Source: Phyllosticta citribraziliensis (Eukaryota). Taken from it: a stretch of DNA of 64,000 bases. Numbering within the stretch: the first letter of the stretch is position 1; every line of letters starts with the position of its first letter. Shown here piece by piece: positions 36,411 to 49,115 of the stretch. The notes under the pieces are model-generated. The model made no database searches and was not told the DNA's origin. It was given only the letters and a program-made list of their open reading frames with translations. The position numbers were made by a program, and so were the translations under genes. The DNA lies in assembly GCF_038025025.1 (NCBI RefSeq), contig NW_027117349.1, positions 310,001 through 374,000 of the forward strand, read 5' to 3'.

Positions 36411-38868
36411 ATGTATAACGCTCATCGCGGCATGGTGCCCACTGCTCCCAATCAGCGCTTGAATGAGCTGCTTGAGCAAATCCGTGGCGAGTTTGAAAAT
36501 GAGGTTGGTCGAGCCGGTGAGATGGAGCGACAACGTAAGTTCTTTGATCTTTTGCGGCCACCGTCTGGCTTCTGCGCCTTTTGCGCAAGCTGCCTAGCGG
36601 GTCCCTCAACAAGGCTTGCCAAGCGAAGCACTCGATACTAAGATGGGTACAGTCGCTCAACAGCTCCAAGAGATGGACCTTGTGCGCCAGAAGATCTATC
36701 AACTCGAACAGTCACAGATTGCTATGAAGGCCAAGTATGTTGACAACCTCTGTCCACTTTGGCCTCGATTAATATCTCCACAGGTACGAGGAAGAAATTC
36801 AACGCCTGAATCGAAGCCTCGACGCCGCTGGAGCAGCCCCGCATCCCAACCATGCGAACAGTTCACAACACGGAAATCCCTCGCAGCCGCCACCATCGAT
36901 CGGACATGGCCAAGGAACCCTTTTTGGAGGCATCATGTCGCAATCTGGAGGTGGGCCAGGCCTGGCGCCTCCGCCTCCAGAGTCTGCTCAAGCTCAGAAC
37001 CTTCCTCCTCATGCACCTCAAGGCCCGCCGGGCCTCAACCCTGCCGCGCCTGGTCCGCCACAGCACCCCTTTGGAGGCGGTTATCAACCAGCTCCCAACG
37101 GTAAGACTTTCTCCTCGAGCCCAAAAACGTTCCCCGCTCATTGGATGCGCTACTCTGCCGAATCCTGATTGAACGCTCGCAAGGGCTTTTTCGGCTGACT
37201 GTCGCTCAGGATATCCACAGGCCCCACAGCCTACAGCCTCTCCCGGTCCCGGAAAGCCTAGGCCGGGCAGAGGACCTCCTGGACCACCAACCCCGCAGCA
37301 GAACACTGCTGCTCCGTACCCCGGATCGCCTCAAGTCGCTCGGCCGACACCACCTCCTGGACAACTCCATGCTGAGCCGCATAATCCCCTGGTCACGCCC
37401 GCGCCGCCCAACGTTGGAAATTCTCTGGCCGAGCTCGACCCTGACCAGGTGCCTCCCAACTACAAGAGGGAAGGTACCGATTGGTTTGCCATCTTCAACC
37501 CTCGTACTCGCCGGGTCCTGGATGTGGATCTCGTACACACGCTTCCCCATGATAGTGTTGTGTGCTGTGTACGTTTTAGCGCCGATGGCCGCTACGTTGC
37601 TACGGGCTGCAACCGTTCGGCCCAAATCTTTGATGTGCAGACTGGCGAGAAGCGCTGTGTTTTGCAGGATGCTTCGCTCAACGACGAGGGCGACTTGTAC
37701 ATCCGCAGCGTCTGTTTCAGTCCCGACGGGAAGTATTTGGCCACAGGTGCCGAAGACAAGGTCATCAGGGTAGGTTTCGACCCACAATCACACATTTGCT
37801 CCCGTCTGACGATTTTGATTAGGTTTGGGATATTGCGACTTGCACGATCACGGCGACCTTCTCGGGCCACGACCAAGACATTTACTCGCTCGACTTTGCA
37901 AGGAACGGCTACGTGATCGCCTCAGGTAGTGGTGATCGTACTGTGCGCCTGTGGGATCTCAACGCAAGAAAGCAAATCTTTGTGCTCTCCATCGAAGACG
38001 GTGTCACCACAGTTGCCATGTCCCCAGACAACCGCTTTGTTGCTGCGGGCTCCCTCGACAAGAGCGTCCGCGTTTGGGACGTCACCACTGGTTATCTCTG
38101 TGAGCGCCTCGAGGGCGACGTCGGCCACAAGGACAGCGTGTACTCTGTCGCCTTTGCGCCCAACGGCAAGGATCTCGTCAGTGGTAGCTTGGACAAGACG
38201 ATCAAGATGTGGGAGCTTTCGACTCCACCCCGGATGATTCCGGCTCAAATCCCCAAGGGAGGAAAGTGCATCAAGACTTTTGAGGGCCACAAGGTGAGGC
38301 GATCGAGAATGGCTGGATGTTATTGTGCTGACCAGCCTCCAGGATTTCGTTCTGAGTGTTGCGTTGACCCCCGATGGCTCATGGGTTCTTTCGGGATCCA
38401 AGGACCGCGGAGTCCAATTCTGGGATCCCCAGACTGGCGTTGCTCAGCTCATGCTTCAAGGCCACAAGAACTCGGGTAAGTACCTGAAGATGAATTTCCT
38501 TGGCAGGTTGCTGACGTCTCGCAACAGTCATCTCTGTTGCTCCTAGCCCCATGGGCAACCTCTTCGCTACAGGAAGTGGTGACATGCGTGCAAGAATCTG
38601 GAGGTACGTTACCTTGAAAGACGCTCCCTTGCGCCAACACAAGCAGTCCAAAGGCCGGAAAAGGGGCTGGCCCACCACATGATGCCCGCCAGATGGCGTG
38701 TCTACTCCACGGCAAGGCTTCTTGTGGTCGAGACTTGTCGCTCTACAGGGCGCCGACCCTTTCCCCGTCTGTTGGCGATGCATGTGGTGCAAGGCTGAGA
38801 TTGAAACTTCTTGATTGAACACGAGGCTGACAAGTTCCAGGTACGACACCTACCGTGGACCGCAGTAA
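36411..38868 (+). CDS. TUP1: General transcriptional co-repressor Tup1/Rco-1/RcoA (N-terminal coiled coil plus WD40), multi-exon
   Basis: [96 protein letters not shown]. Confidence 0.98.
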
Positions 38869-40993
38869 ACTAGGATCAATTGAAATCCGCTTCCAAACGA
38901 ACCAGACATGCTCTGGACGTCCTTTGTGGATCCGGGCTACACTATCACGCCCTAAAAAGGAAGAGATTTGTCCCAGTATGAAAACGAAGGCCACGCTCTT
39001 CTACTTTTATGAACTAGTTAAATGTCAAAAATCCAGCCAGTGCTGTTTGGGGCTGGGCTGGGGCAGGCGTTGGAATATGCGTCAGCATCAGCGCAACTGG
39101 GCTTGTCGAAGGCGGGGTGCGCGTAGATGCCAGGCGTTTTCTTTTTGTCTGTCTCATTTGGTGGGTTTGTGTTTGGACTCGGTGGTTGAGGTAGTAAGTT
39201 GATTCGTTTTGCGCTGAATTTTGTGGGGTGCTGTGCTACTCCAGAACTGATGGCGGCGTGCAAAGGGAAAGACGGGTGATATGGGGAGAGAGAAGTTCCC
39301 CTGTTACACCCCCAACAATCGTACGCTGCTGTCTGTAGCAGCAAGCAGCCTCGATTAGCAAGGAGTCTTTTTGGTGTTGGAAGGACCACGCGTCTCACAA
39401 CCCGATCACCAGCGCACCAACCTCTATCAGTGTTGGCTGTACACGACATGACACAGAGAATTTTGGGAGGCGGAAAGGGCTGCAAGTGTTGTTGCTTTCT
39501 GCTGTGGAGTGGCTTTGTAATCATTTGTCTCTTCGTGTTCTTCCTTTTCTACGTCAGTTCTCCCGTCAGGAGTCTGCGTCAGTGAGTAGCAGCAATATTA
39601 CCACCAGTACTACCACTTTCATTCGAATTTGCTCAATATGTATGGCACTGGGAGATCGAAACGGTGTGAGAAATCTGCTGGCAAAGAATCCTGATCCACA
39701 TCGTTAAGTTATCATCACAGCAAGAGAGAGGAAGCTAGTTGGCAGCGACTGTATTCAGCCCTCAGCCCTTCAGACGATGTAGACCCTCGAGACGAGCAAA
39801 ACCCTCCCCTCCCACCAACGTGCTGGGCCAGGCCCATCTGCAACGACAGGGGTGACTCGGCACGAGTCAGAGAGATCGAGGCTGTGGTGTGCGAAATCTG
39901 TGACATTATTTCTCTTCCCTGGCGAAGCTTCGTAGCTCTTCCACAGCTTCCGAGTAGGCTAGAATTCGCGCGCTTTCGTGCGCCACTCTCCGTGCCTGTT
40001 GTGGTGGCGTCGTGACAAGCCTCCCATCGAGCATCGCATTTGCCTGTTCAAACCGCGCTGCGCATGTACCAACCATCATCATTTTCTCAATCCTAATTAC
40101 AACGGCAACAGGATACAAAGCACGGGTCTAACCCTCGCCCGATTTCAGGACCGTCCCGGTATGTACCTGAGCAGACCCTTGGACGGCAGACGAACATGGG
40201 CGACCAGGCACATCCTATCCTCTGCCACTGCTGCAAAGCCCCACCTGTGACCAAAACGCATTCAAACTCGACACCTCGGCCGCTGGCACGCTCGCTCGCT
40301 TCTGTCCAAAGTCAAACAGTTTTGCCGCCCGTTCGCCTGCCTTTGTGCGCTGAATGGTTTGCGCAAGAGCTGTGTAGCGGCAAGTCGCTGCGCGAACAGG
40401 AGAGCTCTTCCACAGCATCGATTCGCAAAAATCGTCCAAATGAGGCCAGCGAAACGGATGGACCACGCCCAGCCGCCGCCACCTCAAGCCTCAGCCGGGC
40501 AGCCGGCGGCCGGGAGTCAAGGGTATCGACCGCTGGGCTGGGCATGCGGCGTCGGCGCCGTCGGGACCGTCCTCAGACACAGCCAACCTTACGAGCGTCC
40601 AGCAAGAAGCTTCTCTACCGTGCTGGCCAATCACCGCGCTGCAGCCCTTGCCTCCCTCTCTCTTCAAGAAAATTGATCGAGGCTGCCGATGCTTGGTCTG
40701 AGTGTCGGTCAGGTGTGCACGGTGGATGCTGCAAGCGCGTAGTTCCGTCCGGGGGAGGTTTGTGCCTGATGCGAGAGAGATGGAAGAGCTGCTTGATTGT
40801 CTGGGGCGCCGCATTTTGATGCTGGGGTTTGCCATGGAGGTCTTGTTTGCCGTCGTCCATCCACCTTGTGGCCGTCTTGTCCACGCCGGCGTCGACATCT
40901 GAGAAGAAGGGGTAGCTTTGTCCTGCTTCAATCTCACCTCACTCGTTTTCTTGCCATTCACAGGAAGAACCGTAGACGACTTCATCTGCGGCC

Positions 40994-42037
40994 ATGCCAC
41001 GAAGCCGCCAGGCCTACGAGCACCCACTACCGTCTCCACGCCTGCTGAGCGTACGAATTCTTTCCACCGCCACCCTCGTTCTTCCTCCGCTCTTGTACCT
41101 CATCTCCTTTGCCCTGGCCATCGCCATCCTCTTTACTCCCGAATACGCGCAGGCAGACTTGTTCGAGCCGTCAGGAGCGCCGGCGGGGCTATCGCTGTCC
41201 GCGTCTCCCTTTTACAACTGCACGCGTCCACAGCCGTCGCCTTCATCCAACATCACCAGCAACGGCACAGCGGCGCCGCAGACGCTGTCCTCCGCGCTCT
41301 CCTGTACGCGCTTCACGCACTCCCTCGGGTCCAAGGGCGCCGCCGCCTGCAGACAGCACTACGCTACGCAACCCGCCCACCCATGGACCGCCCACGCCCA
41401 CTGCCAGCAAGTCGTGCTGTCCGCCTCGCTCTACGTCACGGCCGCCACGCTGCTCGCCCTCGGCTTCGCCATGTCGGCCATCTACGCTGCCGTCCTGCTC
41501 CCCGCCGCCTACGCGCCGCGCGAGCACCATCCGGACGCCGACGCGCTCGCCGGCGCTACGACGAGCAGAGCGGCGTCGCCACGTCAGCAGACACCGCCGC
41601 CTGGCTTCGTCTACGCGGCGCTGCGCCCGCCGACTGCGTCCGAGAAGCTGCACCGCATGCACGCGTCCAGCTCGGTCGACGAGCGCGTCGTGTCGCCGCA
41701 GGCGGTAGGGGGAGCAGGGGTTGACGATGACGAGGAGGAGGTCGGGAGGAAGGCGCTGAGGGCTTGTCTGTGGGCGCTTGTTGGCAACGTGGCGACGGCG
41801 CTGGCGATGTTGGCGGCCGTGAGTTTGGCGGTTGCGCAGGTGGTTGGGGTTGCGGCGTTGGTTGTAGGTCAGTCGGCTGTGGATTCTGGGCGAGAGATTG
41901 CTCAGGAGGATGGTCGGCTGGTGCTGGGAAAATGGTACATGGGTACTGCTGCGTATGAAGATAGTGCTGCGGCGTGGGTCTTGACTGGAATCGGGGGTTT
42001 CATTGCAATAAGCAGGTTTGGAATGGCGAGGATATAG
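40994..42037 (+). CDS. Hypothetical 4-TM membrane protein with a Cys-containing extracellular loop (claudin/SUR7-like topology)
   Basis: 347-aa ORF with coding-like codon bias, four hydrophobic segments, and several Cys and N-x-T sites in the first loop. Confidence 0.7.
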   Translation: MPRSRQAYEHPLPSPRLLSVRILSTATLVLPPLLYLISFALAIAILFTPEYAQADLFEPSGAPAGLSLSASPFYNCTRPQPSPSSNITSNGTAAPQTLSSALSCTRFTHSLGSKGAAACRQHYATQPAHPWTAHAHCQQVVLSASLYVTAATLLALGFAMSAIYAAVLLPAAYAPREHHPDADALAGATTSRAASPRQQTPPPGFVYAALRPPTASEKLHRMHASSSVDERVVSPQAVGGAGVDDDEEEVGRKALRACLWALVGNVATALAMLAAVSLAVAQVVGVAALVVGQSAVDSGREIAQEDGRLVLGKWYMGTAAYEDSAAAWVLTGIGGFIAISRFGMARI

Positions 42038-42372
42038 AAGTTAAAGAATTTACGCAGTGTCGTGGAAGGCAAACCTAAAAGGCGTAAGCAGATTCAGAAC
42101 CCTGAAGATTCTGTCGGGTACCATCAGTTGCACGTGTTGAGATCATACATGTGTTGGGGTCAAATGGATGGGGTGATCAAGAAGTATGTCTGAGTTTGAA
42201 AACGAGATGAATTTGTACATGAGGAATATCATCCCAAGCGCCGCAATTTGTGGAAATGAAATGTTTTGCTTAGCCAGTGCATGAACTGATGCCGTCCCAA
42301 ACTCCGTATCCCAGGCCGTTGCCGTTTTGTGATGCTTTTATAGAGGGGGTATCATTTGACAGGAGTCATGTC

Positions 42373-43018
42373 CTAGCGTCTGCCCTTTTGCGAAGAGCCC
42401 GATTTCCTTGCGCCGGTCTTGAAGTTTTTGAAAGCGATGGTGTTGGCGGGCTTGCCGCGCTTCTTGTTCTTCTGGACGCGAGCAGTCTTCTTCTTAGAGC
42501 TGGTGGAGGTGGATGGCTTGGGCTCGTCGTCGAGTTCCATGTCTAAAAATGAAGCAAAATCAGCCAATCTGGTCGTCGCTGAGGAATTCCAGAGTGACTT
42601 CGCCAGCTTTGGAGCCGCATCCAACGATGTTGGAGAGACCCAAGAGCTGGTAGAACAGTTGTTCTTGAGCAGTGGTGTTGGTGTGTCCCTTGTTGTTCTC
42701 CTCCAGGGTGCGTGGGACAGGCCAAGAGGCGAAGATGGACAAACCTGCTGCTTCGGTTGCCTCGGGCTGCGTCTCGTTGGATTCGGCGTGTTCTGGCAGG
42801 GGTTCAGTATGCGCGGTGTGGCGATGGGAGCGGGGCGGGCGAGACTCACGGTCTTTTTCTACGTCCATGGCGTCCTTTGCGGGGAGTGGTTGTTGGGCGA
42901 GTTCGAGGAGCTTTTCCGAGAGGCGCTGGGCACGGGCATTTTCGACGGGGCCGAAGACGTTCCGCTTGAGCTTCTGGTTGTTGGTCTTCTTGATGCTGGA
43001 GCGGGAGCTTTTGGCCAT
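42373..43018 (-). CDS. DUF2423 (YBL028C-like) small basic nucleolar protein, 3 exons
   Basis: MAKSSRSSIKKTNNQKLKRNVFGPVENARAQRLSEKL. Introns at about 42849-42793 and 42744-42543. K-rich last exon DMELDD...GRR*. Confidence 0.85.
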
Positions 43019-43738
43019 GGTGGGCGGTGGATTGGGGGAGTGGTAGGGAGGAGGCGAGAGTTGTGGGAGAAGAGAGTTGTGGGAGACGAGAGTTGGTCGG
43101 GTCGGAGGGTTGAGAAAGTTGGCCGGTTCTGCCGTCGCGGGTACTGACCGCCCGGGGCGCCGCCCTCGCGTGTCCTCCTTCCTTGACGTCGGTGCCGGGG
43201 CTGGTGCGACCTGATGCTGAGAGGCAAGCCAGGTTCCTTGAGAGCGGAAGTGGACCGACGCTCACGCTGGTCTGGGCGCGACGCCAGAGCGAACTACTTC
43301 CTTTGCCGCCCACGATGGCCACGGCCTCGCACGGCAGTGGGCGCCCGGAATGCCCATCGTCCTCTAGTGTAGCTCTCCGTACATGTAGACCAACCCATGA
43401 CCTCTTCTCCCCGTCGCCCTCTCCATTGTGCTGCGTTTGTCTGCCATGCCATGGCCGGCGCGCACTCTGCTCAAAGCGACATGTGCCCGTACCGAAGCGG
43501 TAACCCCGACTTCACCACCACCAGCGCCTTCCACGTCTTTGCCCTCCAACCTCGTCCCGCCCGACAACCTCTCCCCCAGCGTCCTCCTCCTCCTCCTCTG
43601 CGCTCCTTCCATGTCTCGACTCCACCCGCCTCCTTTCCTCCCTCGCCTGACTCACTCGATACCGCCCCAGGTCGCTTCTTGGTGAATCCCGCGCCTCGTC
43701 CTCTTCGTCCTTCACTCGCGAGCGCAACCCCTCCAGAC

Positions 43739-45833
43739 ATGGCTTCTCCGGCTGCCGCCCACCCGTCCCTGGACACTCTGCAGGGTCACCTGCGCTCCAT
43801 GGTGAACAATGACTTGAAAGAGATTTGTAGAGCCGAAAATCTCAAAGTCAGCGGCGTCAAGTCCCAGCTGCAGGGCTACATTACTTCTCGTGGGTCCTCA
43901 ACCGTGGAACAACGACACGCTCCCGACTGACATCTCTTCTTTTGCACCAGACTTCCACGACCTGTTGCGGAAAAACGACATCGCAGGCGCCTGGCGCGTC
44001 GTTCACCGCGCCGCAAACCCCGGCCGTCCTCTACCTTCGCCCTCCGCCTCCACGTCTGGCCGTCCATCCGTCCCCATTTACCCCGAGTCCCCCACCCGTG
44101 GCCTCTCTGCGCAACAGCGGACGCCATCCGCCACCATGAGCGTCAACTCGCGGCCTCGCCAAAAAACATTTCCCGGTGAGTCGAGTGCTGCTGTCGCATT
44201 GGGGCTGGCATGCTGAACATGGTACAGCCCGCGTCTCTTTCAAGTCGAGTCCGTTCTACGACGTCTTGGATACCGTAGCTCCTTCCATGGAGATTCAGGG
44301 TATGCGCCTCTCACTCCAGTCGCAGTCCGCTTGGGGCGCTCACAAATTGCAGTCTATCCCGCGAATCGTGGAAGCGCTTCAAGCCAGCTCGAACTCTCGG
44401 ACGATCTCGCCTCGCGCCTCAAAGCGGAAAAGGATCTACGCATCATGCTCTTCTCAGCATCTGATCCGGTTCTGGCGCCGTTCACGCCCTCTGACATAAG
44501 TTTTCCCGTCAACATCGAAGTCAAGGTGAACGGAGAAGAAGTCAAGGCGAATTTCAAGGGTCTTAAAAACAAGCCGGGTTCAACGCGACCGGCAGACATT
44601 ACAGACTTTTTGCGCAAATTGCCCAACTACACAAACCACATCCAAATCACATACGCGTTGACGCAAAAGGCACGGGTAAAAGCTTCTCCCCAGCGTGATC
44701 TCTTCCCGCTCCACCTGGGGCAATACAAATTCTTTCAGACGTTAACCTATTGCAGAAGTTCACCATTCTCGTAAATCTTGTCCGCAAGCATTCTGCTGCC
44801 GATCTCACCGACAGGATCAGTCGGGGTAGCGTGCTCAGCAAGGAGCGTGTCAAGTCTGAGAGTGGGTGCTCGTGGTCTGCTCGATTGTGCGACGACGCTA
44901 ACACGTTTTCCGCAGTCATCAACAAAGCAAACGACGAGGACATTTCTGTCAACTCGCAGGTGGTCTCACTACGAGATCCCGTCGCAGGTGTGCGCATCCA
45001 GCTCCCCTGCCGCTCAACTGTTTGCTCGCATTACGAATGCTTTGATGCGACATATTTCCTGCAGCTTCAAGAGCAAGCTCCTACCTGGACTTGCCCTTGT
45101 TGTAGCAGAACAATATCCTTTGAGGCTCTCGTAGTGGACAAGTATGGATTCTGCCACCCCGCGTCGGATCAAGACATACTGACCAGCCAACAGGTATATG
45201 CAAGACATTCTTGACAATACATCAAGCGACGTGGATCAAGCCAGGATATATCCGGACGGCACGTGGACACCAGGCGATGGCGACAAGAATGAACCGAAAG
45301 GAAACGGAGCCAAGCAACCGGTTGACGAAGACGATGACGACCTTGTCGAGATCTCACCTCGGCAGATGAGCGTCAAGAAAGAAGCAAGTGCTACTCCAAT
45401 GAATAGCGCCAACACACCACCAGTATCTTCACGTGAGCCGTCATCAGTCTCGGCGGTCGCCCCAACCAGCAGTCACGGCAAGCGAAAGCACGAAGTCGTT
45501 GACTTGACTCTGAGCGACAGCGACGAAGACGTGCGCCGTCCAGCCAAGCGACATCACCCTACATACAGCACGCCAAGTAGCATGCCTGACAGGTACAGGC
45601 AGCCGCCCGTTGTTCAGAACGCGTATTTCCATCCATCGCAGTCCCCCAACTCCGTCTCCTCTTCTCATAGTCACCCGGGTCACACTGCTAATCGTCATCA
45701 CGGTTACAATGTAGGCGATCCAGTAGGTGGTATGCCTAGAGCCAGACACTCCATCAACGGGACGTACCCAGAGAGCAGCGGTTACAACAGCAGCAGTTCC
45801 TGGTTGAACGGTAACGGTGACTACCCGCGGTGA
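43739..45833 (+). CDS. SIZ1: SUMO E3 ligase of the Siz/PIAS family (SAP, PINIT, SP-RING), multi-exon
   Basis: SAP-like LKEICRAENLKVSGVKSQLQ; FKSSPFY; KGLKNKPGSTRPADIT; SLRDPV..PCRSTVCSHYECFDA..WTCPCC; SIM-like EVVDLTLSDSDE. Confidence 0.95.
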
Positions 45834-46896
45834 CAAGGGAAGTTGGAAGCCGACGGCAAATGAATGGAGAATAATCAAGGTGGCCCCTGCCAACAAATCC
45901 AACCAGCGGCTTACTATGCAGGCGCCCTCTGGACTTCGCCTGAAAGAAAAGAAGCCTTTTCGTCTTGCCAGCTGTGACGAGACAGTGCAGCGCAGTGTAA
46001 TACTCTTCAACATCTGAATGGGCAGGGAAAAGGGGTTGCATTCGAGGAGTGGTGATTCAATCAATCATGAAAGATCCAGGCATGAAGGGCCTGGGGAAGG
46101 GGTGGCTTTCTGGTGGAAACTTGTCGACCAATACCTATGGGGCGGTCCTTTGCTTTCTAGTGGGCAGAGTAAAAGCGAGATTTCTAGTTGCCTTTTTTGT
46201 TTTGGTCCTCTGCTCTGCTGGCGTCGTCTGCGGCCTTAGGAAGCCATCGACAGGAAAGAAGAGCGGACCAGCCCGAGAAGGGGATGATGCAAGGAGGCGA
46301 GTCTAAAGCCATCCACTTTGCTTCCGTGGCATGGCTGGCTACCTCGGAGCACAGCATGGACGATGAAGAGAGAAGTAGAGTTGGCTTTAGCTGAGAAAGA
46401 CGACGAGCGGTCTTCTTCGTCAGCGATTCATGTTGCCTTCGTCTCTTGTACATGTTTTCATTTTCGTGCTTTTTCTTGCTTGGAGCGTGCAATGAGCATT
46501 TCGCAGCGTCGCGATGATTTTCGGCTAGATGGACCAAAGAGCGTGCGAGGTTCTGGGGCACTTGTGTCGGTCGCGCGGTATGATGGCACTCAACTCCCAG
46601 TTTCTTCTTGGCCTTCCGCGGCATTCTCACCCAGCATCCAATGTCAGAATTCAGGCTCAACGAATGCGTCCGGGTAACTCACTACCGTGGTTATGAGGGC
46701 TCACTTCCAACTGTAGTCAGTCTTCACCGTGACGTCCAAGAAGTTTGGTGCGCGTCTAAGCCTCCTGAACAGTCAAAACTCAACCAACCGCAGTACAAGT
46801 ATTCCAATCCTCCCTCGCACCCTTTCTTTTCCTTCCTCGACTTGCTCTTCTTTTCTCTTCCTTGTACAGGATTCCCAACTTAACAAGCTGGGCAAA

Positions 46897-47582
46897 ATGC
46901 GCATCCGCGACTCCGACAACGATCGAGACCTGGAATCGGGGTGCGTCTCTCCGCCTCGCTACTCGTCTCTTAGCGTACGCTCGCGCGAGACTCTGCCGTC
47001 GCCTGGCGAATTGGACGTTGAGATGGGCGATCTGTCCAGGAGGCCGGACGACGGCGGCGCGGCATCGTCAAGTGCGGAACACAGGCAGCCGCAACAGCAG
47101 CAGCAGCCTCAAGCGACGACAACTACAGCAGTTGCATCAGTGGCCACACAAACAACAGCCGAGCCGCGCCAACAGCAAGACGCGGCGACGACGGCAACCC
47201 CGGCATGCAAACACTGGCCCTTCTCAGAATTCGCGCGAGCCGCCATGACGGTGATCATGGGCGCGTGGGCCCTTGGCGCGGTATTCAAGATGATCGGCAC
47301 GGGAAAGACAGACGCGCAAGAGGTCGAGCGCCTGAAGCACATCATGATCACGGTGAACGCGGGCATCGCCATCGTGTGCATCGGCGTGGAGAAGCTGCTC
47401 CGGCTGGCGAAGAAATCGCGCCTGCCTTTCGTCATCTGCTTTTGGATTGCGCTGTGCTTCGTGATCGCCATTGGTGGGGCGATGCCTTGGTGGTAAGTTA
47501 CTGCTGTTGATTCTCGCTTTGGTAGGTGTGGGTTGTGCTTTTGCTGACTGATTCTCCGTGCTGTAGGGACCCCAACAAATAA
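46897..47582 (+). CDS. Hypothetical small membrane protein (disordered N-terminus, 3 C-terminal TM helices)
   Basis: ATG in caaaATG context, PPRY motif, Q/T-rich stretch and three hydrophobic helices. A clean intron at 47493-47566 gives ...PWWDPNK*. Confidence 0.65.
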
Positions 47583-49115
47583 GTGAGCTGTGCTGGTCAC
47601 GAAGCATTTCCTCCTGATTCGAGACGTCTGGTGGAGGACATGGGCGACATTGGTCCCAAAAATTCTAGGGTGGGTGGAAAGTGCCACTTCGTCGCGGACT
47701 GGAAAGACTGCGTTCGGGTGTTCGAGACAGCAAGGAGAAAGGGCGTGGGTGTTTTAAATGTGTACCTACAATTGGAGAAGTTTTTCGATAATTCTCCGGG
47801 TAGCCGCCTTTGGTTGCTCATTCAGAGTGGTTTCGGACGTCGAAGAGATGTATACGGAGGATCCGGAGCGCCGCAATTGCTACCTACCTGCTCAAAGCAT
47901 GACACTTACATTTGTTCGTAGCCGAATAACATGCGTCCCTAACCACCAAGTAATCCACGGCCAGTAGCAAACTTCGCAAAGAATCTCCAAGCACGGGTTG
48001 AAATGACGCCACGCAGATGTCGTAGCGTCCATGTAGGTAAATAGGGCTAGCCCTACCCGAGCAGGCCGACACGGACACGGTCGGTAGTTGGACGCTGTGG
48101 CTGTTGGCACGTACAGAGGTAGGTGCAATTTCGGCACTCATTTGTCGGACAAGATTGCCTGGGTAGCTCGGTACGGGCGCGCCGGAAGGTGAACCAGCCT
48201 GCTTATCTCAGTGGAATAATAGGATGGATAAGGAGGGATGGCAGGTTGCGGGATGGATCTAGAAGCGATACTGTGGTCGTAGGTTGCGAAATTCAGCAAT
48301 GCGAAAAGACGCCGTTAAAAGACTTGGGATTTGGAAAAATTTGCCAGGATTTGTGAAGCTGACAAGTTCGGGGGTTGCTGGTCTGCTCTTGTTCGCCGTT
48401 GGTGTCGCAACGAACCAAGCTCTCTGTATAAGCTCCATAACCTTCTGCATCCACCCCCACCCATGCTACTCGCACATATGCACACCAAGCATGCAGCTAG
48501 AGCGAGGGACCCGCTCAGTGACAGGCGGTAGCGGAAAAACAAAACGAGCGGCGCCTCATTTTCAGTCGTTTCGGCCAGAGCGACTGGAGACAACGGGACA
48601 AGACCAACGACGGGGTTTCAGATTCTTCCGGAACTAGAAGGCGGAAATGGTGGGGGAGGGCCCAGGACGACGAAATAGATAGTTATGAGCCAACAACGTG
48701 GACGAGCTGCGAGGTGACGGGGAAGTCGAGACGCGATCCCCACGAGATGCGCGTTGATGGGTCGAGACAGACGGCGGGGGAAATTTGGAGCGAGAGGTGG
48801 ACGACGGCGGCCCTCAATCAAACTCTCACGTCGCCTGATTCACGCACCAAGCTACCTTAGCTGCACAACCCTGCCGGGACCCACGCCAGTCAAAGCTCAA
48901 CGGCGCCTATTTACAGTACAGACGATTTTACGACGGTGCAGGGCATGCGGCTCTCGCGCACACCATTGGCGATTGCTTGCTAGTTGCCAGGCTGTCGTGG
49001 CTGTGCCGAGAGAAGACGGCTGAAGCTGGAGCTGAGGATGCTCCAGCAAGACAACGCGAGCACGGCTTGAGCCAGAATCGACGCCGGCGCATGGAAGCAA
49101 ACGAGAGACAAGAGC

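Noticed and set aside
35267..36418. 383-aa ORF upstream of TUP1
   Set aside because: GTG start, no recognisable motif, and it spans the divergent promoter and TUP1 leader.
40457..40676. Short ORF MDHAQPPPPQ... upstream of the 4-TM gene
   Set aside because: No homology cue or splice support. It may be a uORF but cannot be supported.
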